Source of the DNA: an uncultured Candidatus Saccharibacteria bacterium | GTDB taxonomy: Bacteria; Patescibacteriota; Andersenbacteria; UBA10190 | Direction of reading: 5' to 3' | NCBI GenBank assembly: GCA_964610055.1 | Contig: CAZSUC010000001.1 | Location: 70,021-134,020 of the forward strand | Length of the DNA: 64,000 bases | In this document: one piece after another, positions 1 through 10,634 of the stretch | Position numbering within the stretch: position 1 is the first letter of the stretch | Layout: each line of letters opens with the position of its first letter | Translations under genes and position numbers: made by a program | Notes under the pieces: model-generated | What the model saw: the letters and a program-made list of their open reading frames with translations, nothing else | Database searches by the model: none | What the model was told of the DNA's origin: nothing

Positions 1-1763
1 TTTGCCAATTCTGCAGCCGCAGTTGAATATCCGCTCTGTTTTCGTGCAATTCCAGTCGTTGGTAGCTGAATTTTGTCAAACAGAATATAACGTAATTGCT
101 TAGTTGAATTGACATTAAACTCTTCTCCTGCCTGACTCCAAATCTCTTGCACTAATTTTTGCAATCTCGTTTCTACTTTTTTCTTTAGCCTCTCCAGCAC
201 TTCTCGATCTAATTTCACTCCCTCCAGCTCCATCGCCGCCAACACTGGCACTAATGGCACCTCTAACTCATTTAATACTATTCCTAATTTTTCTTCTTCA
301 ATTCTCACCGACAATTTCTTATACAGTTGCCATGCCACCCATGCATCTTCGGCCGCATAAGCCGCCACATCTTCTAGCGGCGCATTTAACAAACTTTTAT
401 TTTGATTATCCGTTCCAATTAAGTCAGTAATTGGAATACACGTATGTCCTAATTCAGTTAACGCAACCTCATCTAATCCATATTGTCTTTTCCCGGGATA
501 CAACACGTAACTAGCTAAGATTGAATCAAACGCAATCCCGCGTAACTCCACTCCTGCTTGTCGCATTACTTGCCAATCATATTTCAAATTATGTCCGGTT
601 TTTTTAATCCGACTGTCTTCTAATACATCCTTCCATTTTTTTGCGCTTTCTTGATCCACTGGTACATACCACGCTTCTACCTCTTCTGTCTCTCCTAGAA
701 ACGCAAAACTCATTCCTATTATCGGACTTACCCTGGCTCCTAATCCATCCGTTTCCGTGTCAAAAGCTATCATTGTTTGTCTTTTAAGTTTTCGATGTAA
801 TTCTTGCTCTAATGCCAATGTGTTTGCCAAACGCCAGCCCGACCACCGCTCTCTTGGCGACACTTTTTGCGTAATCGCTATATCCCTTTGCTCTTGCGGC
901 AATTTACTTACCAAACTTTTAAATCCCAACTCTAAAAACAGTGCCCGCGCTCGTTCAATATCATATTCTCCCCATCGAGACTCCTCCCAATCAATTTCTA
1001 ATGGAACATCTGTTCTAATTGTTGCTAAATCGCGACTAAAAACTGCTTGTTCTTCCTGGCCACGTAAACGTGTTTGTACTCGCTTAGGTAATTCGTCTAA
1101 ATGCTTAAAAACTTGTTCCAAAGCACCATACTGACCGATCAAATCCAGACTAGTTTTTTCTCCAATTCCTTTTACCCCCGGAATATTATCGCTTGTGTCT
1201 CCTCGCAACCCCTTAAAATCAACCATATTTTCCGGCCTAAATCCGTACTTCTCTTTAAATCTTTCTTTATTATAAATTTCCGCTTCTCCCACACCACGCT
1301 TTAACATATATACACCTACCGTCTCGCTAACTAACTGCAATTCATCCGCATCCCCCGTTACGATTACAACTTGCGCTTGCTGCTTCTCAGCCTGTTTAAC
1401 CAACGATCCAATCACATCATCAGCCTCAAACCCAGCCTGAAATTTTATTGGTATTCCTAAAACTTCTGCTACTTGTCGCACAATCTCAAACTGACTCACC
1501 AGCTCTGGCTCGGCCGACTTACGCTGTGCCTTATATTCCTCAAATTGAATATGCCGAAAAGTCGGCCCAGGCATATCAAAAGCAGCAATGACATAATCAG
1601 GTCGTAATTGCTGTACCACTTTTAATAAAGCTGTTACAAATCCATAAACCGCGTTCGTAGGCCGACCGTCCGGAGCATTCATCGGCGGTAAAGCATGATA
1701 AGCCCGGTGAATTAAAGCATGCGCATCTATTAACACTAATTTTCCCCTAACTTTATTCATCAT
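1..1763 (-). CDS. polA: DNA polymerase I, N-terminal 5'-3' exonuclease plus 3'-5' exo-like region; the C-terminal part continues beyond the window start
   Basis: Manual minus-strand translation from the ATG at about 1761-1763 gives MMNKVRGKLVLIDAHALIHRAYHALPP...GDTSDNIPGVKGIGEKT (FEN/5'-3' exo motifs). It is still in frame at position 3 (...QSGYSTAAAELA). The ORF is open to the window edge, so it is absent from the ORF track. Confidence 0.85.
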   Translation of the reverse strand, partial: MMNKVRGKLVLIDAHALIHRAYHALPPMNAPDGRPTNAVYGFVTALLKVVQQLRPDYVIAAFDMPGPTFRHIQFEEYKAQRKSAEPELVSQFEIVRQVAEVLGIPIKFQAGFEADDVIGSLVKQAEKQQAQVVIVTGDADELQLVSETVGVYMLKRGVGEAEIYNKERFKEKYGFRPENMVDFKGLRGDTSDNIPGVKGIGEKTSLDLIGQYGALEQVFKHLDELPKRVQTRLRGQEEQAVFSRDLATIRTDVPLEIDWEESRWGEYDIERARALFLELGFKSLVSKLPQEQRDIAITQKVSPRERWSGWRLANTLALEQELHRKLKRQTMIAFDTETDGLGARVSPIIGMSFAFLGETEEVEAWYVPVDQESAKKWKDVLEDSRIKKTGHNLKYDWQVMRQAGVELRGIAFDSILASYVLYPGKRQYGLDEVALTELGHTCIPITDLIGTDNQNKSLLNAPLEDVAAYAAEDAWVAWQLYKKLSVRIEEEKLGIVLNELEVPLVPVLAAMELEGVKLDREVLERLKKKVETRLQKLVQEIWSQAGEEFNVNSTKQLRYILFDKIQLPTTGIARKQSGYSTAAAELA

Positions 1764-2202
1764 TATTTCGCTTAATCATGATAATTCTTTGATCTTCTTG
1801 TTTACCATAATTAAACTTTATCCGACCAGTATATTTCCATCCTTTTGGCCACCGATTTCCCCACTCAATCATGGTTAACTTACCTTCTGCATCATCCCTA
1901 ATTGCTTGAACTGCCGGGTCAGTCGCAGCTTGTTGATCTGATAATCGATACAAATCTGCGTGCACTAATTTTTTAAATTTACTCTCAGTAAGTGGATATT
2001 CAGCCACAATATTAAAAGTCGGAGACGTCACTGGTTCTGCTATTTTTAATTCGCGCGCTATCGCTTGCACAAAACATGTTTTACCGCTACCCAGTTCTCC
2101 ATCTAACAACCAGATTTCTCCAGCCTGCGCTTCTCGCACAAATTGCGCTCCTTGAATCTGCATTTCCGCTACTCCTGATATTAATTTCATTCGCTTAACC
2201 AT
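1753..2202 (-). CDS. tsaE: tRNA threonylcarbamoyladenosine biosynthesis ATPase TsaE (YjeE family)
   Basis: P-loop GELGSGKT; 149 aa, typical TsaE size; overlaps the polA start. Confidence 0.75.
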   Translation of the reverse strand: MVKRMKLISGVAEMQIQGAQFVREAQAGEIWLLDGELGSGKTCFVQAIARELKIAEPVTSPTFNIVAEYPLTESKFKKLVHADLYRLSDQQAATDPAVQAIRDDAEGKLTMIEWGNRWPKGWKYTGRIKFNYGKQEDQRIIMIKRNNDE

Positions 2203-2983
2203 ACATTGCTAATAATCCCGCTAAAATCACTAAATAGATTGCAAATGGCGTTAAGGATATTCTTTCAATTAAACGCATAAATATACCGATCGCTGCCAGA
2301 CCACTTATAAACGCCATAAACAAACCAACACTTAACATTAATAGATCCTGTGATTGGTTTTGCTCTAATAAAGCTGGAACATGTGCCAAACCAGCCCCGG
2401 CAATAATTGGAGCTGACATCAAAAAAGAAAATTTAGCCGCTTGCTTACGACTCAGACCTCGCATTCTTCCTGCCGCCATCGTCATCCCTGATCGCGACAC
2501 TCCTGGTGCCAGCGCCAATACTTGGGCTAAGCCAATTATTACTGCGTCTTTCAAGGTAATATGTGACTTTCCTGTTTTTGCTAATGGCCACCGATCCATA
2601 ATCACTAATATCACCGCTGTTATCATCAATGCCCCAGCCAAAGATTTTGGTGAGCGAAACCATTCTTCTACTACCCCTTCAAAAGCATATCCCATTATAG
2701 CTGCCGGTACTGTTGCCACTGCCAAAGCTGCTATTAAACGCCTCTCTTTACTATCCATCCTTATATTCCACAATCCTTTCCCTAATTTCACCCACGTTCT
2801 CCAATAATAAGTTAACACTGCGCCCAGAGTGCCTAAATGCAGGATAGCATCAAACGCTACCCCACCTTCGTCAGAAATATGCAACCAAATTCGAGCCGCT
2901 AATAAGTGCCCACTCGAACTAACCGGCAAAAATTCCGTCAATCCTTGAATAATTGCCAAAATTATAACCTGACTAATAGTCAT
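2195..2983 (-). CDS. uppP: undecaprenyl-diphosphatase UppP/BacA
   Basis: Signature EFLPVSSSGHL near the N-terminus; polytopic, 262 aa. Confidence 0.85.
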   Translation of the reverse strand: MTISQVIILAIIQGLTEFLPVSSSGHLLAARIWLHISDEGGVAFDAILHLGTLGAVLTYYWRTWVKLGKGLWNIRMDSKERRLIAALAVATVPAAIMGYAFEGVVEEWFRSPKSLAGALMITAVILVIMDRWPLAKTGKSHITLKDAVIIGLAQVLALAPGVSRSGMTMAAGRMRGLSRKQAAKFSFLMSAPIIAGAGLAHVPALLEQNQSQDLLMLSVGLFMAFISGLAAIGIFMRLIERISLTPFAIYLVILAGLLAMYG

Positions 2984-3073
2984 ATTATCCTAAGCATAAT
3001 CGAATCTGTCATACTTTTGCACGCTTTCCCTCTTCACAACTATCCTCTCCCCCGCTAACATAAGAAGATTTAT

Positions 3074-4216
3074 ATGTCTCTACCAGAAACCCAACAAGCT
3101 CTTCAACTTATTCGACGTTCTCATAAAACCATGCTCGTTGTGCCTGAAAACACTTCAACTGATGCGCTTTCTTCTATGGTTGCCTTGTTTCTTGCCTTAC
3201 AAAACGATGACAACGACCATATTCACGAAATTAGCCCTCATCATATTCCCACTAATCTGCAATTCTTACCTGGCTCAAGTCAGGTGATGGTTAAACCACT
3301 TGCCCAACCTGAAATAATTCTAGACATTGCCTCTCCTTCTGGACAAACCGCTCAATTTCATACCACTTCCTTACAAGGTGGCGTGAAATTACATATTAGT
3401 CTCCCTGGTCACACTAACCTAACGCGCGATCAAATTGAGCTGTCAGTTCGCGCCCTGCCGTATGACCTTGTTATTACTTTTGGTGCTGAGGACTTAGAAA
3501 ATCTTGGCTCTCTTTTTTCTGACTATCCTGACTTTTTTTACAACACCCCTATCATCAACATCGACCATCGTGCTAGCAATGAACATTTTGGCACTGTTAA
3601 TTTAGTCGATCTAACCGCCGGATCCATCGCTGAAGTAACTTATAGCTTAATTGAGGCCCTTGGACCCAACACTATTGATTACCAGATTGCCACCGCACTC
3701 TATGCCGGTATTATCGCTGGCACCGATTCTTTTCAAAAACCATCAACCACTCCACGATCTTTTCAAATTGCTGCTCATCTTATTCAAAAAGAAGCTGATC
3801 GCGAAGCAGTCGTTCAGCATTTAGTCAAAACCAAGCCTCTCTCTTTACTGAAATTAACCGGCCGTCTTTATGCTCGATTACGCTATGACGAACATGCCCC
3901 TATGTTTTGGAGTCTAATTCGTACTCATGATTTTAATGAAAGCGGCGCCTCTCCTGCTGATATCCCGGCTGCCATGCACGAACTTTCTAATAACACTGCT
4001 GGCTATAGCGCTCTCTTCATAATCAGTGAACAATCCACCGGAACCTACGATCTTTTTCTTTCGCTGGGACCTGGATTATGGCGCCGTTCTCAGGATATTC
4101 AAACCGAACTCAGCGCTCAACGATATCACGGTCTCTTACGCGCTAGTTTATCTGCTCCTTCTCTCGAAGACGCCGAATCACAGGCTATCGAACAAATCCG
4201 CCATATCTTGGCTTAG
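3074..4216 (+). CDS. DHH/NrnA-like protein with degenerate catalytic motifs (probable inactive paralogue)
   Basis: ALYAGIIAGTDSFQK matches NrnA motif IV. The DHH motif is DHR (NIDHRASNEHFG). The N-terminal motif-I-like stretch (PENTSTDALSS) lacks the metal-binding His/Asp pair, and no GGGH was found. Confidence 0.45.
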   Translation: MSLPETQQALQLIRRSHKTMLVVPENTSTDALSSMVALFLALQNDDNDHIHEISPHHIPTNLQFLPGSSQVMVKPLAQPEIILDIASPSGQTAQFHTTSLQGGVKLHISLPGHTNLTRDQIELSVRALPYDLVITFGAEDLENLGSLFSDYPDFFYNTPIINIDHRASNEHFGTVNLVDLTAGSIAEVTYSLIEALGPNTIDYQIATALYAGIIAGTDSFQKPSTTPRSFQIAAHLIQKEADREAVVQHLVKTKPLSLLKLTGRLYARLRYDEHAPMFWSLIRTHDFNESGASPADIPAAMHELSNNTAGYSALFIISEQSTGTYDLFLSLGPGLWRRSQDIQTELSAQRYHGLLRASLSAPSLEDAESQAIEQIRHILA

Positions 4217-5899
4217 TTATTCCTCTGTTACTCTTTCAACTTCTTCTAAAGTTGTTATTTGGCTCAGAACCTTTAGGTAGCCATCTTGAGCAATTGTAGT
4301 CATCCCTCCTTGAAAAGCCGCTTCTCGTAATTGACTACTATCTGCCCCTTGTAAAATCAATTCTTCCACTCGCCCTTCAATTGGCATCACTTCAAACGCT
4401 CCTACTCGTCCTTGATACCCTGTTCCATTACAAACCGAGCATCCCTTTGCTCGTACTAATTTTACTTCTTGATCTAAAGCCTTTGGATCAAACACGTTTA
4501 CTGCCACACCTTGCATTGCATCTCGAATTCGATCCTTAATCCCTGCGTCTGCCACATACTCTTCTTGACACTCTTTGCATATTCGACGCACTAATCTTTG
4601 TGCAATGATGATATTTATCGCCGGAGCCAATACAAAAGGCTTAGCTCCCATATCTACTAATCGCGGAATTGCTCCCGGCGCATCATTGGTATGTAAAGTA
4701 GAAAACACTAAATGTCCCGTCAGTGCCGCATGAATTGCAACCTCTGCCGTTTCCTGATCTCTAATCTCGCCCACCATAATAACATCGGGATCTTGACGTA
4801 AAATTGCTCGCAACCCCTTCGCAAAAGTATAGCCAGCCCCTTCATCAATCTGAGTTTGTTCAACTCCCTTTAAGCGATACTCAATCGGGTTTTCTAAAGT
4901 AATAATCTTAATTTGTTCGTTATTAACCTCTTGTAGGAAAGAAGCCAAGCTCGTTGTCTTTCCTGAACCAGTCGGCCCTGTAACTAACACCATACCGTTA
5001 GTTAACTTTAATTGTCGCATTATAATATCGTAATCTCTCTGTTTCATCCCTAAATCTGTTATTTTAGCTGCTCGCGCTTCTCGATCTAAAATACGCATCA
5101 CTATATTTTCACCATTTCCTCCTGGCAACACCGATACTCGAATATCAAATGTTTTTTCACCAACTTTTAGCACAAAACTACCATCCTGAGGAACATCACG
5201 TACATTTAATTTCAAACGTGCCAAAACTTTAACTCGCGACAAAACTAAACTCCAAGCACTCCGCGGCACTTCAGTTATATCTTGCAACACTCCATCTATT
5301 CGATACCGCAATCGTACATTCTGCTCAGTCGCTTCTAAGTGCAAATCCGATGCCCCTATTTTCACTGCCCCTGCAACCAAAGTTGATAAAATCTCAGTTG
5401 GCGGCAATGACGCTACGTGCTGTCCTAATTCTTTCCAATTCTGCAAATCATCCTCAAATCCCCCCATTTTTTCTGTATTCACCCGTAATTCTCCGTCTGG
5501 TATCTCCGCTTCTTTTTGTTCTCGCCGATAACGCGATAAAGCAGTCGCTAAACTGCGCGGAGAAACTACATGAATTTGTGGTTCAACATTAAACTGCTTC
5601 CGCGCAATTTCCATGACCTGTCCTCGACGCGAATTAGCCGGATCAACCATTGCCACTCGCACATCCCGTCCCTGTCGATAAAATAAAACCGCCTCTTCTT
5701 TTTTTGCTATTCCTAAAGGCACATTTTCTAATATATCCGGATCAATCGGAAAAACGGTCAAATTAATATAAGGTAATTTTTCCATTTCCGCCCGATGACG
5801 CGCCAACCTTTCCTGCTGGTCGCTTGCCATATTCGACAACTGCGCCGCAATATCTTTGCGTCGCTCTCTTTCTACTTCATCCCTAATAAACTCCGACAT
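4217..5899 (-). CDS. pilB: type II/IV secretion family ATPase, PilB-like type IV pilus assembly ATPase
   Basis: Walker A GPTGSGKTT; GspE-type tetracysteine motif CKEC...CSVCNGTGYQGR; 560 aa. Confidence 0.8.
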   Translation of the reverse strand: MSEFIRDEVERERRKDIAAQLSNMASDQQERLARHRAEMEKLPYINLTVFPIDPDILENVPLGIAKKEEAVLFYRQGRDVRVAMVDPANSRRGQVMEIARKQFNVEPQIHVVSPRSLATALSRYRREQKEAEIPDGELRVNTEKMGGFEDDLQNWKELGQHVASLPPTEILSTLVAGAVKIGASDLHLEATEQNVRLRYRIDGVLQDITEVPRSAWSLVLSRVKVLARLKLNVRDVPQDGSFVLKVGEKTFDIRVSVLPGGNGENIVMRILDREARAAKITDLGMKQRDYDIIMRQLKLTNGMVLVTGPTGSGKTTSLASFLQEVNNEQIKIITLENPIEYRLKGVEQTQIDEGAGYTFAKGLRAILRQDPDVIMVGEIRDQETAEVAIHAALTGHLVFSTLHTNDAPGAIPRLVDMGAKPFVLAPAINIIIAQRLVRRICKECQEEYVADAGIKDRIRDAMQGVAVNVFDPKALDQEVKLVRAKGCSVCNGTGYQGRVGAFEVMPIEGRVEELILQGADSSQLREAAFQGGMTTIAQDGYLKVLSQITTLEEVERVTEE

Positions 5900-5909
5900 T
5901 TTTACCTAT

Positions 5910-6959
5910 TTATTCCTCAACACTTAATAATCTTATCAGTAATTCTCGAACTTTATTAGTGTCATGCACGGCAACCGCTCGTGGCACCACATCTCCCGCT
6001 TGTTTCTGCGGCATTTCAGCACAAACTAATTCTTCTGCTTGTAATTCATAAAAATGTTTATCGGCAGTAAAATGCACCCACTCTTGCCCCGAGACTAATT
6101 CCACCTCCGCCTCTCCCTTATTCGCTACCACCACATCCACTGAACGACCCAAGTAAGATTCATACACTCTCACAAAATCCTCTCCTGTCCATCCCGTTGT
6201 TTGACGTGGAGTAGTTAATAAAGTCATGACTACTATTAGTTTCGCTTGTGAAGCTTCTTGAATCGCTTTCCCCAAAGACGACAAAGCCAACGTTGGTAAA
6301 ATAGTACCGTAAGTATGCCCTGGCGCCACTACAATATGTGTTGCCTTTTTTATCGCTTCTGCCGCTCTTGGATTTAATGGCACATCTCCTTCCGCAAAAG
6401 TTACTCGCACATCCCCTGGCTTCCAATCTGGATCAGCTTGCAAGTTCACCTGATGCGCAATTGAATGCTCCCCTTCCCCTAAAAAGTTCTGACTACCATT
6501 AAATGCAATGTAAACCTGTTGAGTCAGTGTAGTTAGAGTAGTTGGTATCACGCCTGTATATTTTGGCACAGTTAAAATTCTAGCCATAGTTGCTATTGCT
6601 GTATCAATATCACTCGTCATCTCTAAAGCCGCTAAAAACATATTTCTTAACGAATGACCCTCAAAATCTCCGCTTACAAACCGATATTCTAAAGCTCGTA
6701 AAAATTCCTCTCCCCTCACATCACCATGGTAATTACTTAATGCCATTAAGCACTTAGACAGATCACCTAAAGCTGCGGTCTGATATTGTTTCCGTAGTCT
6801 CCCTGTCGACCCACCGTCATCTGCCATATGCACCAAAGCATATGCCGATGAAATCTTCTTTTCTTCAACTAACGGCTTAAAAACCGTCATTAAACGCGAA
6901 GTACCATTTCCGCCTCCTAGTACCACCACTTTTGATTCTCTTGATTCTGTTATGTTCAT
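5910..6959 (-). CDS. YvcK/CofD (UPF0052) family protein, gluconeogenesis-factor-like
   Basis: N-terminal VVVLGGGNGTSRL resembles the YvcK/CofD glycine-rich motif; about 350 aa. Confidence 0.5.
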   Translation of the reverse strand: MNITESRESKVVVLGGGNGTSRLMTVFKPLVEEKKISSAYALVHMADDGGSTGRLRKQYQTAALGDLSKCLMALSNYHGDVRGEEFLRALEYRFVSGDFEGHSLRNMFLAALEMTSDIDTAIATMARILTVPKYTGVIPTTLTTLTQQVYIAFNGSQNFLGEGEHSIAHQVNLQADPDWKPGDVRVTFAEGDVPLNPRAAEAIKKATHIVVAPGHTYGTILPTLALSSLGKAIQEASQAKLIVVMTLLTTPRQTTGWTGEDFVRVYESYLGRSVDVVVANKGEAEVELVSGQEWVHFTADKHFYELQAEELVCAEMPQKQAGDVVPRAVAVHDTNKVRELLIRLLSVEE

Positions 6960-7027
6960 AGTGCACTTGTAATGTTACACGCCTCCTCGCTACTGTCGAG
7001 TCAGTTATTTGAGCTCTTATTTATTTT

Positions 7028-9109
7028 CTAAATTTTCCAAACCGGCTCACCCGACCAGTAACCCCAGCCCATTAATAGCAAGCTTACTATTAGCCCAACT
7101 GTTATACTGATACCAAACTTCATTCCATCCCAATCCCATCCCGTCTTAGGCAGGCTACTCGCCCCACCACCAACACCACCTATTAAAACATCATCTTGTA
7201 TTCGTGGTAATATACGATATCCAGACCCTGTTTCCGACACTACCCCTACAATCGTCACGTCCATCCCTTTACTCATCTTTGGTTTTTGAATGCCAGTGTT
7301 AGCATTAATATATATCTTAACCTCACCACTACCATCATCAACATAAAAAACATTACCGCTAGTCGAAGTAACCGTCCCTGCTATTCTTACTAACCAACCT
7401 TCCGTCTCTTCTCCTACTTCACCTGTTTTAATTTCATGTGGTATTAACTCGCTATTACTACTAACTTTTGCCACACTTGTCTTTGCCGCTAATTTAACTC
7501 TTGCTTCCCCGCTTAATTCAGTTAATTCGCCTGTTAGCCTTACGGTGTCACCCAAGGTTAATTCCGGAAAACCATCATAGCTATATATTTGTATTCCCGA
7601 ACCAGATAAATATATCGTTCGTTCGCTTAACATTCCCGGGGCAACACTAACCACACCTTCAATAGTCACATTAGATCCTTTTTCTTGTTGCCTCACCTCC
7701 GCAATTGCAACCGTCACCGTTTGCTCACCATCCACATCACCCACAACACTTTCCTCTTCATCTTCTTCATCAACATCACCCTCACTCTCTTCTTCGTCTT
7801 CTTGTTCTGTAATTTTATTTTTTTCTCCCCGCGTTACTGTTGTCGTTATCTCCCAATCACCATCACTATTTCGAGCGTATGATTGCCCCTCTGGAATCAC
7901 GCCATATTCAATCTTATCCTTTTCCTCTCCATCTGGACTTTTTAGATAGATCGTAGAACCACCATTCTTAACTGTGTACGTCCACACTACATAACCATGC
8001 CCGTTAATCTGAATATCACTAATAACATGCGTGGTACTACCATAAACTAATTGCCAATCCGTTAAATCAACTTCATCCCCATCTTGGTTATACACCTCTA
8101 CAAATTCTTCCCCGCTATCCTTGCCTTCCGGATTAGGAAACACTTCATTTAAAATCATTGCGTCGCTATATTCTCTTTCTTGAATTATAACTTGTTTACT
8201 TGCCTCATCTTCTTCCGTGCCATCAGAAACCCTCAAGTTAATCGTATATTCACCCACATCCGCATATTTACATTTCATTATTACATCTGTACCTGTTTGA
8301 TCGTTTCCACAATCCCACTCATAACTTAATTCGTCTCCGTCGCTATCCTCTGAATTTTCTCCGCTAAATTCTAGTTCATCCCCCACTAGGCCTTCTTCTG
8401 GACCAGCCACTTCCGCCACCGGCGCATTATTAACTTCCAGTTCACTATTCTCTGCCCTAGGTGTCCCATACGCCCCTTCTTCTTCCCAAAACTCATTACT
8501 CTTACAACTCTCAGTCACACAAGTATGCCATCCTGTTACTGGATCACTATTCCTTTCCATTGATTGCCGCACTTCCTTCTTTATTCCCGCTGGCCAGCCA
8601 TCATCATTAATCTCGACCGTATCAATATCAATACACTCATCATCCTCACAAGCCTGTAATTTCAATTCTTCCCCATCATCTTTTAAAGATACAGCCGATT
8701 TAACCAAGTCAACTTCAATCGTGTCACTTAATAGCGACTTCGGATCGTCACTGTCGTAATGACTAATTAAAAAATAATCATTCGGCATTAAAATTCCACT
8801 CAGAGATAATGCACCGCTACTACCGGCTCCTGTAATTTGCCATCCATCTAAATCAATTTTTTGATCAGTTAAATTACGTAATTCAATCCATTCATCCGCA
8901 GTAGTACTAGACGAACTCCCCATCCACATTACTTCATTAATTATTACGCTTCCTGGCACAAACCCAGTTTCATCTTCAGTCACATCCGCATTCTCACTCG
9001 TATTTTCACTTTCTAGTACTTCCACACTCGGACTTACCTGCGCTTGTGCTACTGCCACTATCAACAACATTCCGATTCCCTCAATCAGGATTTTAATTTT
9101 CCATTTCAC
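7028..9109 (-). CDS. cell-surface protein with two lamin-tail domains, a PKD-like domain, acidic linkers and a C-terminal LPXTG-type sorting signal
   Basis: N-terminal signal peptide. LTD-like motifs VIINEVMWMG...WIELRN and MILNEVFPNPEGKDSGEEFVEVYN. PKD-like YEWDCGNDQTG...VSDGT. C-terminal LPKTG followed by a hydrophobic stretch and a short tail. Confidence 0.6.
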   Translation of the reverse strand: MKWKIKILIEGIGMLLIVAVAQAQVSPSVEVLESENTSENADVTEDETGFVPGSVIINEVMWMGSSSSTTADEWIELRNLTDQKIDLDGWQITGAGSSGALSLSGILMPNDYFLISHYDSDDPKSLLSDTIEVDLVKSAVSLKDDGEELKLQACEDDECIDIDTVEINDDGWPAGIKKEVRQSMERNSDPVTGWHTCVTESCKSNEFWEEEGAYGTPRAENSELEVNNAPVAEVAGPEEGLVGDELEFSGENSEDSDGDELSYEWDCGNDQTGTDVIMKCKYADVGEYTINLRVSDGTEEDEASKQVIIQEREYSDAMILNEVFPNPEGKDSGEEFVEVYNQDGDEVDLTDWQLVYGSTTHVISDIQINGHGYVVWTYTVKNGGSTIYLKSPDGEEKDKIEYGVIPEGQSYARNSDGDWEITTTVTRGEKNKITEQEDEEESEGDVDEEDEEESVVGDVDGEQTVTVAIAEVRQQEKGSNVTIEGVVSVAPGMLSERTIYLSGSGIQIYSYDGFPELTLGDTVRLTGELTELSGEARVKLAAKTSVAKVSSNSELIPHEIKTGEVGEETEGWLVRIAGTVTSTSGNVFYVDDGSGEVKIYINANTGIQKPKMSKGMDVTIVGVVSETGSGYRILPRIQDDVLIGGVGGGASSLPKTGWDWDGMKFGISITVGLIVSLLLMGWGYWSGEPVWKI

Positions 9110-9124
9110 CTCTTTATTTTAACA

Positions 9125-9616
9125 TCATTGATAAGTCGCTTGGTACAATAATCTTCCTCCTATCACCAAACCTAGTAGTGTAACTAGACCAACTACCACT
9201 ACTCCACCTGGCCATCCTATTAACAGCCACAACAAACTAACGCCTTGAGCAAACGTCATTACTTTACCAAATTTACCCATCCCAAAATCATATTCGCCGT
9301 GAAATAGCTTAATTGTTATTACCGGAATTAAAATAATATCTTTCATCGCAATCCCAATTCCGTAAGCCGGTAATTTTCCCATAGCCAACGCAACAACCAA
9401 ACCACCTATCAGCAGCAACCGATCAACTATTTTATCAAACCAATATCCAAATTTTGTTTCTTCTTTCAACCTTCTCGCCAACCAACCATCTAATGCATCC
9501 AACCCCCACGCCACGACAAACACCATCGCCGCCCCCATAACATTTCCTTGAATCAACCACCACACAAACCAACCACACATAACCAACCGTATCCCTGTCA
9601 CTATATTGGCCAACAT
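9125..9616 (-). CDS. pgsA: CDP-alcohol phosphatidyltransferase (PgsA-like)
   Basis: DALDGWLAR...G...D...D CDP-OH transferase motif; small polytopic protein. Confidence 0.7.
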   Translation of the reverse strand: MLANIVTGIRLVMCGWFVWWLIQGNVMGAAMVFVVAWGLDALDGWLARRLKEETKFGYWFDKIVDRLLLIGGLVVALAMGKLPAYGIGIAMKDIILIPVITIKLFHGEYDFGMGKFGKVMTFAQGVSLLWLLIGWPGGVVVVGLVTLLGLVIGGRLLYQATYQ

Positions 9617-9623
9617 AATTAAT

Positions 9624-10634
9624 TTATTCCATCTCTACTAAATGCGCTCTTCCTTCATCCGTTACCATCCTCCCTCGCGGCGTCCTCTCTAAAAATCCAC
9701 ACTGAATCAGAAATGGTTCAATCACTTCTTCTAAAGTACGTTCTTCTTCACCTGTTACTGCCGCCAAAGTTTGTAATCCTACTGGCCCACCATCAAAATG
9801 TTCCAACATGGCATTTAAAATTAACCTATCAGCCGCATCCAGTCCTTTATGATCAACCTCTAATAAACCCAATGCTTCAATCACAACTTCACGTGTTATC
9901 TGTCGCTGACTTGCCACTTGTGCATAATCACGCACACGTTTTAAAAGTCGATTAGCAATCCGCGGAGTCCTCCGGCATCGAGTCGCGATCTCTTTAATAG
10001 CCTCTTGATTAATTTCTATTTGCAACAATCTCGCTGACCTTTCCACAATTTGAGCTACTTCATCTTCAGTATAAAAAGTTAATCGATAATCCATTCCAAA
10101 CCGATCCCGCAACGGCGATCCTAACATCCCTGCTTTCGTTGTCGCCCCCACCAAAGTAAACCGCGGTAAATCTAACCGTAAAGTCTTCGCTCCTGGACCC
10201 TGCCCCACCACCAAATCCAAGGCGTAATCTTCCATCGCCGGATACAGCACTTCTTCAATTGAACGTTGCAAACGATGTATTTCATCAATAAACAGCACAT
10301 CACCTGGTTGCAAATTAGTTAGAATACCGGCCAAATCAGCCACTTTAGTTAAAGCCGGTCCAGCAGTCACTCGAATATTGGTTTGCAATTCATTAGCAAT
10401 AATTTTAGCCAAACTTGTTTTACCCAAACCCGGCGGACCCGCTAATAACACGTGTTCTAAAGCCTCTTGGCGCTGCCGTGCTGCCTCTAAAAACACCCTT
10501 AGAGACCGCTTCATCTGCTCTTGCCCCACAAACTCGTCTAGATTCTGTGGTCTAAGTGTCGCATCTAGTTGCCGGTCGTCTACATCCGCCCGCGCATCTA
10601 CTACCGTCATTGTTTCCGATTCTTCAATCGCCAT
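9624..10634 (-). CDS. ruvB: Holliday junction branch-migration helicase RuvB
   Basis: AAA+ [20 protein letters not shown] with RuvB-typical sequence throughout. The real start is probably the internal MAIEESE (about 10634) rather than the track start at 10697. Confidence 0.9.
   Translation of the reverse strand: MAIEESETMTVVDARADVDDRQLDATLRPQNLDEFVGQEQMKRSLRVFLEAARQRQEALEHVLLAGPPGLGKTSLAKIIANELQTNIRVTAGPALTKVADLAGILTNLQPGDVLFIDEIHRLQRSIEEVLYPAMEDYALDLVVGQGPGAKTLRLDLPRFTLVGATTKAGMLGSPLRDRFGMDYRLTFYTEDEVAQIVERSARLLQIEINQEAIKEIATRCRRTPRIANRLLKRVRDYAQVASQRQITREVVIEALGLLEVDHKGLDAADRLILNAMLEHFDGGPVGLQTLAAVTGEEERTLEEVIEPFLIQCGFLERTPRGRMVTDEGRAHLVEME

Noticed and set aside
757-1304. Plus-strand ORFs 757-1134 and 1101-1304
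   Set aside because: They lie antisense inside the polA reading frame, which translates cleanly on the minus strand. The sequences are low-complexity with no motifs, so they are shadow ORFs.
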